From positions 157,615 to 221,614 of the forward strand of contig CAYSDJ010000001.1 in assembly GCA_964429775.1 (NCBI GenBank): a DNA stretch of 64,000 nt, in the 5' to 3' direction. Numbering within the stretch: the stretch's first letter is position 1; each line of letters begins with the position of its first letter. A model generated the notes under the pieces. It did not search any database. It saw only the letters and a program-made list of their open reading frames with translations, and had not been told where the DNA came from. Positions 9,169 through 19,061 of this stretch are shown here, one piece after another. The position numbers were made by a program, and so were the translations under genes. Source of the DNA: an uncultured Rhizobiaceae bacterium (GTDB lineage Bacteria; Pseudomonadota; Alphaproteobacteria; UBA828).

Positions 9169-10166
9169 CAGAGCGGCAAATCCACAGCCTGGCCTTGCAA
9201 AATCGATTGTTGGCACGCATCCAGCACCTTGAGAACACGAATGCCTTCAGCCGCATCAGACGGCGGGGACGATATGCCGGCCACGGCATCTAGAAAAGCC
9301 TGGCACTCGTTGCGCAGCGGTTCACTCTCAGCGAAGGCCACTGGCTCGGGCGCAGCCTTGGAAACAATTGGAATTTCCCCTTTCCAGCCAACCTCGTGGC
9401 GGTACAGGAAAAGTTTTTCCGATGGTTTCTTTGTATCGTCGAATACAATCATTGCCTTGTCTCCCACCACGACAAGTTTCTGCTCTTTGAAAGGGTGGAG
9501 CCACGAAACGTAAATATGCGCCTGAAAATTATCGTTGAAAACCAAATGGGAGAGCGTGGTGTCCGCCACGCCATCGGTCAGATAGTGGGCACCATTGGCA
9601 ATCACACGCTGCGGCATACTTCCCGCCAATTGCAATATCATGGAAATATCGTGCGGCGCGAAGGACCACAGTGCATTCTCCTCACGTCGAATTTTACCCA
9701 GGCTCAAACGGTTGGAATAAACGTAACGCAGCTTGCCCAATTTCCCATCTTTTAGGGTCCCATATAGGATTTGAAAGGCGGGGTGATAAAGCAAGAGATG
9801 CCCGACCATGAGAACCAGCCCCCTATCATTGGCCATCTCTTTAAGTTTTTCGGCCTGGGCGACATCAAGGCAAAGTGGCTTTTCCACGAAAACATGTTTG
9901 CCGGCCTGGAGCCCCCGTTCCACTAGATCGCCATGGGTCGCCGCCGGCGTTGCGATCGCGACAGCCGATATGGCGGCATCAGCCAGCAACGCATCAAGGC
10001 TTTCAAAATTTTTGGCAGCGGGGAAAAGAGCTGCATACTGCGCCCGGTTTTCGGCCGAAATATCAAAAAACCCTGCCAACGCCGCCAAGTCTTCGAAGTT
10101 GCGCAACAGGTTCTTGCCCCAGTAGCCGGTGCCGATCAATCCAATACGGCATTTTGCGTTGCTCAT
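9168..10166 (-). CDS. wbpB: Gfo/Idh/MocA oxidoreductase, WbpB-like
   Basis: GTGYWGKN, HVFVEKP, ENALWSFAPHDIS; start at 10166 overlaps the upstream stop (ATGA). Confidence 0.8.
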   Translation of the reverse strand: MSNAKCRIGLIGTGYWGKNLLRNFEDLAALAGFFDISAENRAQYAALFPAAKNFESLDALLADAAISAVAIATPAATHGDLVERGLQAGKHVFVEKPLCLDVAQAEKLKEMANDRGLVLMVGHLLLYHPAFQILYGTLKDGKLGKLRYVYSNRLSLGKIRREENALWSFAPHDISMILQLAGSMPQRVIANGAHYLTDGVADTTLSHLVFNDNFQAHIYVSWLHPFKEQKLVVVGDKAMIVFDDTKKPSEKLFLYRHEVGWKGEIPIVSKAAPEPVAFAESEPLRNECQAFLDAVAGISSPPSDAAEGIRVLKVLDACQQSILQGQAVDLPL

Positions 10167-10894
10167 GTTCCCTCTTTGGTTAGGCGGGGCGTATAGGCAG
10201 CGCAATGCTCCGCTAATTCAGATTCCAGAAGTGATATGCGTCGATCAAGATAGGCGGTCAGTTTTTCCTGCGCCGGTGCGTGTTCCCCAATCCACCAGAT
10301 AGCGTGGGTTAAAAGCTGTAGCGCTCGGCACGCATTCAATGATTCATGATCCAGCGGATAGCCGTGGCGCCAACCGCCGCGCGAATCCGAGCAATAACCT
10401 ATCGCATCGAAATAACGCGGTTCATAAGTATTGCCGCGACCCGCCAAAACACGCTCAAAGGGAATTAGGCCAGGCGCGGGACGGTGAAAACTGATCATCT
10501 CCACTTTCCGCCCGATGATCATTTCCAGCATCGTGCATTCGCGCCCGGCGGCTATTTCCAGAGCCTCGGCATCACCACCATAGAGCGCCGCATCGAGGTG
10601 CAGGCCGATTTCATGGCCACCGGCGGAGATTGCTTCGAGTGCGCGCACACCTGCGGGACTAAATGGATTGTACAATTCACTCCGCATCAAAACAAAATAA
10701 CTGGCGTGCCAGCCTTGTTCGGCTTCAAATGTGGCAAGCCGCGCGGCGGCGTTGAGGCACTGGTCGATATCATGGCGCAATATCAAGTGCGGCCGTGCTG
10801 CATCCGCCTCGGCGAAACTTTTGATGTCATAGCCACGTGCGAGAATGGCCGCAATCATTTCTCGGTACCCAGCGAGGGTGAATTCAACCCTCAT
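10163..10894 (-). CDS. Polysaccharide deacetylase-like protein
   Basis: ILRHDID, GHEIGLHLD, ISFHRP, YCSDSRGGWR, LLTHAIWW motifs. Confidence 0.7.
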   Translation of the reverse strand: MRVEFTLAGYREMIAAILARGYDIKSFAEADAARPHLILRHDIDQCLNAAARLATFEAEQGWHASYFVLMRSELYNPFSPAGVRALEAISAGGHEIGLHLDAALYGGDAEALEIAAGRECTMLEMIIGRKVEMISFHRPAPGLIPFERVLAGRGNTYEPRYFDAIGYCSDSRGGWRHGYPLDHESLNACRALQLLTHAIWWIGEHAPAQEKLTAYLDRRISLLESELAEHCAAYTPRLTKEGT

Positions 10895-12737
10895 AAACCA
10901 CATCCGAATAGGAATGGCGTGTCAGCCAACTGGAAATAGTCAACAATTCGAGCAGGAGTTTACGGTGGCTGATACGCCCACTGAGATGTTGCTCGACGAT
11001 TTCCCGGAGGCCCCGCCGATCGAACAGGCCGCTATCCAGCAAGGCGGTGTTTTCCGCCAAACCGTTGAGGCGTTCCACAAAGAGAGAATCACGACGCAGC
11101 AATTCGTGTAGATTGCTCCAACTGCCATGCGTCCAGGTTACCTCCGCCGGGCGCGGCGGTCGGGCAACCAACCCGCTCCGCCGCGCCGCGCGCGCGAAAA
11201 GGAGCATGGTCTGGGTAGCGAATCCAAGGTTGGCGGACAATCTACTATTGGCATCAGGTAACGCCATCAAGTCGGGTGCCAAGCTTTTCATGGCCGCATG
11301 CGCCATGCGCCCGGAAGCACGCCAGGCCGGCTTCATGGAAAAGTAAATATCCAACACATCCGGATCAAAGGCGACGGCACGCTGCGCAATCACCGAGCTC
11401 ATTGCAACAAAGTCGCTGTAGGCGTAGTGACGGCCGAGACAATGCAACACAAACGCATCCCAGGCATTGTAGGGATCATCGATATCGGCGGACGAAAGCG
11501 CCAACGCCATGGCGCCGACGCGCCGTTCGTCCCACCCAGCACGCGCTTGCGGCGACAGCACGGCTTGCAAATCGTGTGCATTAATGCCGACGCGCAAACT
11601 GTCAGAAACGGTTTTTGGTTTGCCGTCAGCTATGGTGCGGAGTCTCGGCAGGCGGGTGGTCGAGCCGGCGATACGTACCATGCTGCAGGGCAGATAATAG
11701 CCGCGCAGCGTATAATCAAGACCGTGACCCGAAAGCATGACATCATGGCTGCGCGCAATTTCCGGAAGCATTCCGAAGAAATTGAGCGGCGCGGTAAATA
11801 AACCGTCGCTGGCATTAGCCGCGTCGTCGAAATGGGCCGACAACGCGCCCGGTGGATTCTCAATAAAGCGAAAAGGCATATTCGCTAATTTTGCACTTTT
11901 TCGGGCGATGCCGACCTCCAAATTATCGTGACTGGCAAGTGTCACGCAGGAAACCTCATGCCCGGCGGCGCGTGCACCGGCGAGCACCCAACGCGCATCC
12001 AGTCCACCTGACAAGAGCAAGCCATGGCGCGCATTATCGGCGGTACGCCGGTTGACGGCGCGCGAAATTCCTTCGGCGAGGCGTGCTGCCCCCTCCACCT
12101 GATCGAATTCGGGCGTATGCCACGCCAGTCGGCGCGTTTCCGCTTCGTGCCAACTTTCACCCTCAGCAGTCCAAATTTGCGCCGCTGGCATCGCACGAAT
12201 ATCGGCATATTGCGTATGGTCCGAAATCGTCCGCTGGTAAGAGAGAAGTTCTGTCAAGCCTTGCACACTGAGACGCTTCGGCACCCGCGCATCGGTAAGC
12301 AGTGCATCGAGCCGGGAGGCGACAGCCAATTGCCGACCCTGCCGCCATACGAACAACGTGCGGCTGCCCATACGATCTGTGGCAAGAACAATCCGGTTTT
12401 TTGCGGGATCGAACACAATTGCCGCGAAGCTTCCGTTGAGCCAGGCCAAGCGATCCAATGTGTCGACACTATAATGATCCGCGATTACCGCCGCCGGATC
12501 ATCAAGTGGCCCCGCCTGATCAAAAATTTCTCCATCTACCGCGACCATCAACCCATTGGGATTTTCCTGCAATGGCTTGTCTCCCGGCAAGCGGGCATGG
12601 CGCGCAGCACCGAGCACCACGCCCGATTCCGGCCCCAAAAACTCTTTCTCTTGGCCATTCCGGGCCATACAGGCAAGCATGGCGCTCACACTCTTGCCCG
12701 GGTCGGGGGCGCCGGCGACAAGGCAAATACCGCTCAT
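10884..12737 (-). CDS. Asparagine synthetase-like sugar amidotransferase
   Basis: MSGIC N-terminus, LNGSFA, DRMGSR, PP-loop LLSGGLDAR, LSGHGLD. Confidence 0.8.
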   Translation of the reverse strand: MSGICLVAGAPDPGKSVSAMLACMARNGQEKEFLGPESGVVLGAARHARLPGDKPLQENPNGLMVAVDGEIFDQAGPLDDPAAVIADHYSVDTLDRLAWLNGSFAAIVFDPAKNRIVLATDRMGSRTLFVWRQGRQLAVASRLDALLTDARVPKRLSVQGLTELLSYQRTISDHTQYADIRAMPAAQIWTAEGESWHEAETRRLAWHTPEFDQVEGAARLAEGISRAVNRRTADNARHGLLLSGGLDARWVLAGARAAGHEVSCVTLASHDNLEVGIARKSAKLANMPFRFIENPPGALSAHFDDAANASDGLFTAPLNFFGMLPEIARSHDVMLSGHGLDYTLRGYYLPCSMVRIAGSTTRLPRLRTIADGKPKTVSDSLRVGINAHDLQAVLSPQARAGWDERRVGAMALALSSADIDDPYNAWDAFVLHCLGRHYAYSDFVAMSSVIAQRAVAFDPDVLDIYFSMKPAWRASGRMAHAAMKSLAPDLMALPDANSRLSANLGFATQTMLLFARAARRSGLVARPPRPAEVTWTHGSWSNLHELLRRDSLFVERLNGLAENTALLDSGLFDRRGLREIVEQHLSGRISHRKLLLELLTISSWLTRHSYSDVVYEG

Positions 12738-14326
12738 GTCGACTCACCCATGAGCAGGGAGCGAAATTCGCTGGAATCGACCCGTTCAGACCCGCCGCAT
12801 AGCGCTTCTTGCAAGGCGTCCCAATCCACCAAGGGCCGGTTGCGGCTGTCAAAGCGAGCGCTGATGACATGACAGCGTCGCGCGATCATGTCTTTTGCAC
12901 GAAGGTTGAATATCGGATTTCCCATGTCTATGAAGATGATCGGACGGTCGGTACACAATGCTTCGGCGAAAGTGGTCGATTGGCCGTAATCGAATAGGAA
13001 GCGATCCGCCCAGGCAATTTCCGATTCAAAGGGCTGCGTGCTGGTCGGCGCGATGTCGGTCAAGGGATGGCGTTGCCCGCGCAGCAATCCCTCAGGATGC
13101 GGTTTGCACTTGAGACTGATGGGCATGGCTTGCATTGCCTCGACGAGGCGGAGCTGCCAATCAAGATAAACGACGTCGGGCAAGATAGGCGGTAGAAATT
13201 GTCTTTGACCGCGCAAAATAGTTGGCGCGTAGATCACCTGCGGCGGTGAGTTCGCACGCCCCGGGCGCTCAAGCTCAAGAGCGGCGAGGGCGGATGTGCC
13301 GGTATGTCCGATGATGTCAGCTACGGCACAATTCACCATGGCGCCATTTTCACTCGCGCTCTTCAAACAACTGGCGCCGGTCGGCGTTTCCACGACATAG
13401 CGGTCGCTCACGGCAAGCTCCGAAAACGCAATGCTATGTGTGACTCCTGCCATGCCTGCAAACCAGCCATGGGCAAAGCGCGTCACCTGCCCGCCCCGAC
13501 GGCGCACTTCAATGCCGACGGCGCGGGCGGGATAGTAGCCGCCCGAGCCCGACCACATTTTTTCCGGTAATTTCTTAAGCTGGCGCATGCCGGCCAAATC
13601 ATTGACCGCTTTCAAGAGCGCCGGCGTAATCAAGGGGTTGATCAATTGTTCCAGGCGCTCGCGATAATCCGGCGCTAGCCCCTCAATGTCAGCGAGGCGC
13701 GTGGACAAGCGAGCGGCAATTTCATCCAGCGCATCCAGCGGTACTTTTGCCGCCGCTGTGGATTGCGCCCGCGCTGTCCGGAGCAAGGCCTCGGCATGGT
13801 AGAATTTTACTGCCGCGCCGCTGTGGCGCGCCGCATCGCGCAGCATGCCATTGTGACTGACAGCGGTAATCTTCGGTGACAGAATCGCTGTAGGCAGCCG
13901 CCACGCTGGCGTCCAACTCGCGGTACGGGCGAACCTGCGCAGCGCCTCGCCACGCGGTGCGCTCATGGGTTTGAACAGGGCGGGGTCGTCCAAATCAGAG
14001 GATCGCTCGAGCCGCGCTTCGCCGTTCAGCACCGCCAACTCGGGTGGACCTCCCAGGAAGTGGATGCCCGATGTGTTTGCCGCCTGGGCGACAAAGGCGT
14101 TTTCCACCAAGCTACGCGATAGCGCCAGGACGGAGCCGAGGCCCAGCAACGCCGCCGGCCGCAACATTTCTTCATCCAACTGGTCAATAAGGCTGAGTGC
14201 CGCGCCGGTGGCCGCGCGGGTGACGCGAAACGCTTCCGCATAGGATAGCGGCCAAGCCATCGATTCACGCCAATCGGGTGTATCGCACGCCGCTCGATAG
14301 TCGAATGGCGTGGCAAGCCGCGTCAT
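12734..14326 (-). CDS. Uncharacterised protein with GT-B-like C-terminus (candidate nonulosonate transferase)
   Basis: CKPHPEG and DYGQSTTFAEALCTDRPII; directly downstream of pseI; likely start MTRLA at 14326. Confidence 0.55.
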   Translation of the reverse strand: MTRLATPFDYRAACDTPDWRESMAWPLSYAEAFRVTRAATGAALSLIDQLDEEMLRPAALLGLGSVLALSRSLVENAFVAQAANTSGIHFLGGPPELAVLNGEARLERSSDLDDPALFKPMSAPRGEALRRFARTASWTPAWRLPTAILSPKITAVSHNGMLRDAARHSGAAVKFYHAEALLRTARAQSTAAAKVPLDALDEIAARLSTRLADIEGLAPDYRERLEQLINPLITPALLKAVNDLAGMRQLKKLPEKMWSGSGGYYPARAVGIEVRRRGGQVTRFAHGWFAGMAGVTHSIAFSELAVSDRYVVETPTGASCLKSASENGAMVNCAVADIIGHTGTSALAALELERPGRANSPPQVIYAPTILRGQRQFLPPILPDVVYLDWQLRLVEAMQAMPISLKCKPHPEGLLRGQRHPLTDIAPTSTQPFESEIAWADRFLFDYGQSTTFAEALCTDRPIIFIDMGNPIFNLRAKDMIARRCHVISARFDSRNRPLVDWDALQEALCGGSERVDSSEFRSLLMGEST

Positions 14327-14360
14327 CGCGGTAGAATGAGAATGGGCCACAATGAATCCG

Positions 14361-15413
14361 CTATTCGGCCAAGTCCGACCAATCGAGAGGCGTTCCGCGT
14401 GATAGATCTCTGATGGTGCGGCGCCCAAGCAGGGCCGGTAAGTGTTTCGGCGACAATCCGTGGCCAGGACGAATGGAGCGAATATTTTTCGCTGTGAGCA
14501 CTTCGCCGGCCTTGATATCCGCTACCACATAGAGCGAACGGCGTAGCACGACATTGCCGGCTTCACTTGGCGCGCGCTGATAATCAGGTCGGCCGATTGC
14601 CTGCCACGCTGTCACGCAGGCCTTGGCCATTTCAGCCAATTCCTCCGGCTCAAGCGAAAAGGCGGAATCGAGACCGCCATCGGCGCGCCGCAGGGTCACA
14701 TGTTTTTCGATGATGGCGGCGCCGAGCGCCACCGCGCCGATCGGCACCGCGATGCCGAGCGTGTGATCCGAAAGGCCGGTCACCACATTGTACTGGCTAA
14801 GAGCGTCCAGCGCCGCCAGGTTGGAATCCTCCGGCGGGGTCGGATAGCCGCTGGTGCAATGGAGGAGCGCGATCTCACGGCAGCCGGCGCCACGTGCCGC
14901 CGCTACGGCTTCACCAATTTCCTCGGCGCTGGCCATGCCGGTCGATATGATGAGCGGCTTTCCGGTCGCCGCCATGCGCTCGATAAGAGGCAAATCGATG
15001 ATCTCGAAGGATGCGACCTTGTAGGCCGGCGCATCGAGCTGCTCGAGAAAATCCACCGCCGTCATATCGAACGGGCTGGAGAAGATTGTCATGTCGAGCT
15101 CACGCGCCTTGGCGAACAAATCTGCGTGCCACTCCCACGGCGTATAGGCTTCCTGATACAATTCGTAAAGTGTGCGGCCATGCCACAGTCCACCTTCGAT
15201 GGTGAAGCCCGGCCCGTCATGATCGATGGTGATGGTGTCGGCGGTATAGGTCTGAATCTTGACCGCATCGGCGCCAGCTTTCTTGGCCGCCGCCATGATC
15301 TCAAACGCCTGCTCGATATTACCACGGTGATTGGCCGATAGTTCGGCAACGATATAGGGCGGCTCGGCGGCACCGATCGCGCGCCCATCGATGGTTATTT
15401 GCGCACCCGCCAT
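14361..15413 (-). CDS. pseI: Pseudaminic acid synthase
   Basis: IVAELSANH, KIQTYTADTITID, AYTPWEWH, SDHTLG, IEKHVTL and a C-terminal SAF/AFP domain. Confidence 0.9.
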   Translation of the reverse strand: MAGAQITIDGRAIGAAEPPYIVAELSANHRGNIEQAFEIMAAAKKAGADAVKIQTYTADTITIDHDGPGFTIEGGLWHGRTLYELYQEAYTPWEWHADLFAKARELDMTIFSSPFDMTAVDFLEQLDAPAYKVASFEIIDLPLIERMAATGKPLIISTGMASAEEIGEAVAAARGAGCREIALLHCTSGYPTPPEDSNLAALDALSQYNVVTGLSDHTLGIAVPIGAVALGAAIIEKHVTLRRADGGLDSAFSLEPEELAEMAKACVTAWQAIGRPDYQRAPSEAGNVVLRRSLYVVADIKAGEVLTAKNIRSIRPGHGLSPKHLPALLGRRTIRDLSRGTPLDWSDLAE

Positions 15414-15414
15414 A

Positions 15415-16086
15415 TCAGCGCAACTCCCGGATAACGGTGAACGCCTCGGCGGCGGCGCAGCCGACACTGGCGCCACGATAGGCGGCAAGGGCACGAATCG
15501 CCTCGATAGAGCGCGCATGCGGCCACGGCCGCATCTCGCTTGCATAGACTTCGAGCGCCGTCATTTTCGCATCCATATAGCTGCCCACATCGACAAAGTG
15601 ATTGGGGCGAAAGGCGGCATGCGTATCGGCAACCGCCCATTCGGTGCTGGACATGGTCTCGAAGGCGTAGATGGCGCGCGTCGACGCGCCGGGTAGCGGC
15701 CGGCAGGCGGTCGCCACCGCCTCACAGGCAATGCGGTGGTCGATATTGAGATCGCCGCCATGATGGCTGTAGACAATTTCCGGCTGGACCGCTTCAACCA
15801 CCGCTTCTATGGCTTTGACAATATCCAACAGCTCCATACCGTCGAGGCGATTGTCAGCGAAACCGGCAAAGCGCGGCGCCTCAGCGCCAACTGCCTGCGC
15901 CGCCTGCCGGGCCGAGGCCTCGAGCGCTTCGATTCCGCCGGCCTTGACCGCACCGCGCGCGGCCAGGCCGGTGGCAAGGATAAGAATATGCACCCGGTCG
16001 CCAGCATCCGCGTGGCGCGCGAGCGTCGCACCGCAGCCGAGAATTTCGTCGTCCGGATGCGCCGCCACGACGAGGATTTCGCTCAT
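15415..16086 (-). CDS. PIG-L/LmbE family N-deacetylase
   Basis: AAHPDDEILG and HGGDLNIDH. Confidence 0.9.
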   Translation of the reverse strand: MSEILVVAAHPDDEILGCGATLARHADAGDRVHILILATGLAARGAVKAGGIEALEASARQAAQAVGAEAPRFAGFADNRLDGMELLDIVKAIEAVVEAVQPEIVYSHHGGDLNIDHRIACEAVATACRPLPGASTRAIYAFETMSSTEWAVADTHAAFRPNHFVDVGSYMDAKMTALEVYASEMRPWPHARSIEAIRALAAYRGASVGCAAAEAFTVIRELR

Positions 16087-16853
16087 GCCGTCCCCTTGCG
16101 GCCAATCGCCGCCATGACATGTTTCTCCAGAATGAATTCGCCATGGCGCTCGAAATGGGCGGCCAGGTCACGCGCCACTGCCGCCTCGTGCGGCGCGCTG
16201 AAAAATGTCGAATTGCGCCAATAGTTGAGCACCTCGTCCGGACCCGGATAGCGCACCGGATTGACGAAAGTTTGCGTCTCCAGGCGAAGGTCACGCGCGA
16301 TAACAGGCAAAACGGTTTCGGCCATGAAACTGGCCGCACTTGTCAGCACTGCCGGCGGAACCTCGAAATGACGCTGCAGAAGCTCGAACAGAGCCGAATT
16401 ATTGCTGCCGTGCGGGCCGACGATTAGCACCGCGCCGCTTTCGCTACATTGCGCGATCATTTGCGCCAAGGTGTGCGCCGCGTCCTCGGCATAGTAGAGA
16501 CCGTAAAAACATGACGCCAAATCGAATGCCTGGCCGTCTATGGCGGGATGGGCGAAGGCATCCTCCATCGGCGTCTCAATAAGTTCGCAGGCAACATCCA
16601 GCTCACCGAGCCGCGCCCGCGCTTTTTCCAGAGACTGCGCGGACACATCGACCCCGACCAAATGCGATACATCCGGACGCGCACCATAGAGCGCCAACTG
16701 ATTTCCGGTACCGCAACAAATATCGAGCACGCTGGTAAACGACAAATCATCCAAAATGCTGCTAACCCAGCCGTCAAAATCCGCCCCGGCGAAACGCTTA
16801 TTGCCCGCCGCGCGGGCGCTGAGAAAATCGCTATTGGTGGCGCGCTCGCTCAT
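16083..16853 (-). CDS. Class I SAM-dependent methyltransferase
   Basis: VLDICCGTG, GVDVS, FDLASCFYGLYY. Confidence 0.85.
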   Translation of the reverse strand: MSERATNSDFLSARAAGNKRFAGADFDGWVSSILDDLSFTSVLDICCGTGNQLALYGARPDVSHLVGVDVSAQSLEKARARLGELDVACELIETPMEDAFAHPAIDGQAFDLASCFYGLYYAEDAAHTLAQMIAQCSESGAVLIVGPHGSNNSALFELLQRHFEVPPAVLTSAASFMAETVLPVIARDLRLETQTFVNPVRYPGPDEVLNYWRNSTFFSAPHEAAVARDLAAHFERHGEFILEKHVMAAIGRKGTA

Positions 16854-18379
16854 TGTACTGCTTCCCTCGGTCCGTCACGTAAATCCGGTTCAATGCCGGG
16901 TCGGCTGATATACCAACTCCCCTCGGCGCGATAGCCGGCAGCGGCGAACAGCGCCTGCGACGCCTTATTATTCGCCTGCACTTCGGCCCGGAGTTCGGCT
17001 TCGGGCAACAAGCGGCGTGTCAGGACGAGCGCCACGCCAGCGATGCCGAGGCGCCAGCGCTCCGGCGCCACATAGATGGAAACTTCATAGGCATTGCCTC
17101 CGGCGCAGTATTCGAGGCGCAACACGCCGGCCGGCTCGCCGCCATGAAGAATAATATTGAAGATGCATTCAGGGTCATTAAGCCGGGCGGAAAACCAGGC
17201 ATTGTGCTCGTCCGCCTCGGGAGCCCGCGATGTGCGGAAATGCCGCCGTGTACGCGGATCACGCTGCCAGGCGAGCAAGCGCTCAGCATCCGCCGCGATA
17301 GCGGGGCGCAAATATATAGCCGCGCCGCCATGGGCATGGGGCGGATTGAGCGCCGCAACAAGGCGTTCTGCGCCGAGCCCGTCACACAGACAGGCGGCCG
17401 CGCGCGCCATGCCGCGCCGCGCCGTGCCGTCCTGGGTCAAATGATTTAGGGCATCGATCAAATCGCGATCGACGACATTTTCCGCATCGCCCAAGACCAA
17501 AGCCGCTCCTGCCGCGTGCAAGCTGTCCGCCACGCCATGCTGATTGTCGGCGGTACACATCACGACCGATGGCAGTCCGAGGCAGCAACGCTCCCAGGCG
17601 CCGCCACCACCGGCACCGACTGCCAAATCCGCGGCACTGAGAAGCCCAGCGACATCATCGATGGCGACATGAAGGGCCGCCTGAAAAGGCATTGCCGCCG
17701 CCCTGATGCGCACTGCCTCGAGATGGGGCGCGCCCGAGCCAAGCAGAATATCGACCGCCAACGGCCAATCGGCCCGCGCCAATATGTCGAGAACTGCCGA
17801 CGTAACATTGTCAGGGTCGGTGGCGCCAAAGGAAAGCAGCAGACGGCGCGGTTGCACCTCTTCGGCGCGCCGCGCCATGGCGGAGCGGCGCGCGGCGGCA
17901 AACGAAGCGCGCAACGGGAGATAGGCCGGACCCAGCAACAGCATGCAGCCTTCCGGTACGAGAGCCGCATGATCCGTAGCGCGCCGGCTGGCCGCCGGGT
18001 CGAGCAGGATATCGCAATCATGCCGCCGGTCGGCAAGATCATCGAGCACCAGTATGCGCCGCGCCCAGGGGCGGCACGCGTGCTCGAAATTTTCGTCCCG
18101 GTGATAATGGTCAACCACCAGAAGATCGGCGCCCTCGGGCCATCGGGTGGCTAGTTCGTCCGCTTCCGCCGCCGCGTCACCGGCGAGCTCGGTGGCCGCA
18201 ATATTTGCCGGCCAGGTCGACGGCAGCGCGTCATTGGCGCCGCGCCCGCTGACCAGCACGCACGACCATCCCGCCGCCGTGAGGCTACGCGCGAGGGAAA
18301 GACAGCGCACCACATGGCCCGCTCCGATCTCGGCGCTGGCATCGGCGCGGAATATGGCGAGGCGGGGCTCAGCCTTCAT
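16850..18379 (-). CDS. pseG: PseG-type UDP-sugar hydrolase fused to a C-terminal GNAT (PseH-like) domain
   Basis: FRADASAEIGAGHVVRC, VVDHY, DDLADRRHDCD, WERCCLGLP; GNAT tail YEVSIYV...NKASQALF. Confidence 0.85.
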   Translation of the reverse strand: MKAEPRLAIFRADASAEIGAGHVVRCLSLARSLTAAGWSCVLVSGRGANDALPSTWPANIAATELAGDAAAEADELATRWPEGADLLVVDHYHRDENFEHACRPWARRILVLDDLADRRHDCDILLDPAASRRATDHAALVPEGCMLLLGPAYLPLRASFAAARRSAMARRAEEVQPRRLLLSFGATDPDNVTSAVLDILARADWPLAVDILLGSGAPHLEAVRIRAAAMPFQAALHVAIDDVAGLLSAADLAVGAGGGGAWERCCLGLPSVVMCTADNQHGVADSLHAAGAALVLGDAENVVDRDLIDALNHLTQDGTARRGMARAAACLCDGLGAERLVAALNPPHAHGGAAIYLRPAIAADAERLLAWQRDPRTRRHFRTSRAPEADEHNAWFSARLNDPECIFNIILHGGEPAGVLRLEYCAGGNAYEVSIYVAPERWRLGIAGVALVLTRRLLPEAELRAEVQANNKASQALFAAAGYRAEGSWYISRPGIEPDLRDGPREAVQ

Positions 18380-19061
18380 CCGCGAGATCACCCTTGACGC
18401 AATAGGCTGTCGGCGTTGGGCTGGCAGCGAGAATCTTGAGCCGTGGCGGGTGTTCGAGGGTGGCAAAGACCTCGTCCACCGCATCCGATTCGCCCCAGCG
18501 TCCAACCGCATATTCATCGAACACGGCGATGCCGCCAGCCACGATGCGCGGCCAGGCAGCGGCAAGAAGTTTCGCCGTCGGCAAATACACATCTAAATCG
18601 CAGTGCAGCAGGTTGATGCGAAAACCCGGATTGTCGGCCAGGTAGCGTGGAAATTCGCTGACGATATCGCCCTTGATCAGCTCGACCCGATGGCTCAGGC
18701 CAAGGCGGTCGAGCGCCGCCACGAGATTGTCATAGGCACTGGCATCATAGCTGGTCTGGTGAATATCGACGGCGTCACGCTCGTCCGCCCGGGCATGGCT
18801 GAATTCTTCCTCAAAGGTATCGAAAGCAATGATTTTAGTGCGCGAATTGGGCTGGTAGGTTTCCAGCAAATGCGCCCATAGAATGGTACTCGTCCCTTTA
18901 TACACACCGGCATCGACGATATCGCCGGGCACATCCATGACCATGCGAAACAGATCGTAGCGGGCAAACATTTTCTGGAAGCGATGTTTGTCGCAATGAA
19001 AATAGAACTTGTGGTACACCTCCCACATATCCGTATCGAAGGGATCGGATTCCTTACTCAT
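18369..19061 (-). CDS. TylF/MycF/NovP-family O-methyltransferase
   Basis: GDIVDAGVYKG, FDTFE, LLHCDLDVY, GGIAVFDEY. Confidence 0.85.
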   Translation of the reverse strand: MSKESDPFDTDMWEVYHKFYFHCDKHRFQKMFARYDLFRMVMDVPGDIVDAGVYKGTSTILWAHLLETYQPNSRTKIIAFDTFEEEFSHARADERDAVDIHQTSYDASAYDNLVAALDRLGLSHRVELIKGDIVSEFPRYLADNPGFRINLLHCDLDVYLPTAKLLAAAWPRIVAGGIAVFDEYAVGRWGESDAVDEVFATLEHPPRLKILAASPTPTAYCVKGDLADEG

